Positions 63,414 through 64,000 of a stretch of 64,000 nucleotides of DNA are shown one piece after another. The position numbers and the translations under genes are program-made. This DNA is from Vicugna vicugna (lineage: Eukaryota), in contig MU058687.1 in NCBI GenBank assembly GCA_013265495.1, positions 434,001-498,000 on the forward strand, given 5' to 3'. Each line of letters opens with the position of its first letter. The first letter of the stretch is position 1. The notes under the pieces are model-generated. The model searched no databases and was not told the origin of the DNA. It saw only the letters and a list, made by a program, of their open reading frames with translations.

Positions 63414-64000
63414 AAATAAGTGAGTCTTGATAGAAGGCTGAGGAGATAAGTTCCATAAAGAATACAAAGAACTTTGGGAGTTGGGGAGAAGAGGCAATTA
63501 CATTAGATTGTTACAGGAATGGCAGATAAGTTTCATTTTGTATGTCAACGTGGATTGATTAGTAAAGATTGCCTTGGGCCGTTGAATTGAGGATTTTGAG
63601 ACAGAGTCTGGATTCAAATAGTGTTGTCTGTTGTGAACCAGGGAAAGGGGTGTGGTAGTGTTTGCTATTTCTGGATTATTGAAAATAGACCTTAAAGAAC
63701 ACATAGGTTTTTGATGGGTGGAAATGGAAAAGGACCATATTCCAGATGAAGTGAACATTTGGAACAAGCAGAGTTTGAAAGTACAGCTATGCTCAGGGAA
63801 CAGTGTGAGTGATCTAATCTGGTCCTTAAGGAACCCAGGTTATATTAAGGGACTAGGAGAGAGAGAGAGGCTGGACTGAGTAGGGCCTTGAACTCTAGAA
63901 GATGAGGAATTAGACTCATAGGTAATGGGGAACATGTGAAATGTTCTTTAAAAAGTATTCTAGTGACTATAACATTGTCTATATGTTCATTTTAGAGGGT

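Noticed and set aside
1..64000. CRISPR array, operon or prokaryotic defence system
   Set aside because: The sequence is intron-rich mammalian DNA; there is no regularly spaced repeat-spacer array and no long uninterrupted ORF.

Overview
This is mammalian genomic DNA, not a prokaryotic locus. Six tRNA-derived Vic-1-like SINEs suggest a camelid. The window covers the BBOF1(CCDC176)-ALDH6A1-LIN52 locus. I assembled the genes by hand from splice sites and exon phases. BBOF1 (+) contributes coding exons 3-12 (5301-28123; numbering follows my recollection of the human gene). ALDH6A1 (-) is complete, with 12 coding exons (41164-26016, 536 aa). LIN52 (+) contributes exons 1-5 (41739-53449); its last exon lies beyond the window. 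ALDH6A1 and LIN52 are head-to-head across a ~575 bp CpG-rich promoter, while BBOF1 and ALDH6A1 interlock tail-to-tail. Introns are dense in L1, L2/MIR, LTR and DNA-transposon relics. Notable points: a degenerate tandem copy of BBOF1 exon 10 with intact splice sites and a stop codon, a GC-AG first intron in ALDH6A1, a tailless 5'-half tRNA-Gly(TCC) retrocopy with 16-bp target-site duplication (TSD), a probable U6/L1 chimeric retrocopy, and an 18-bp palindromic E-box over the LIN52 start. I found no evidence for a wholly new gene system. Gene and repeat family names are from recognition, not database searches.
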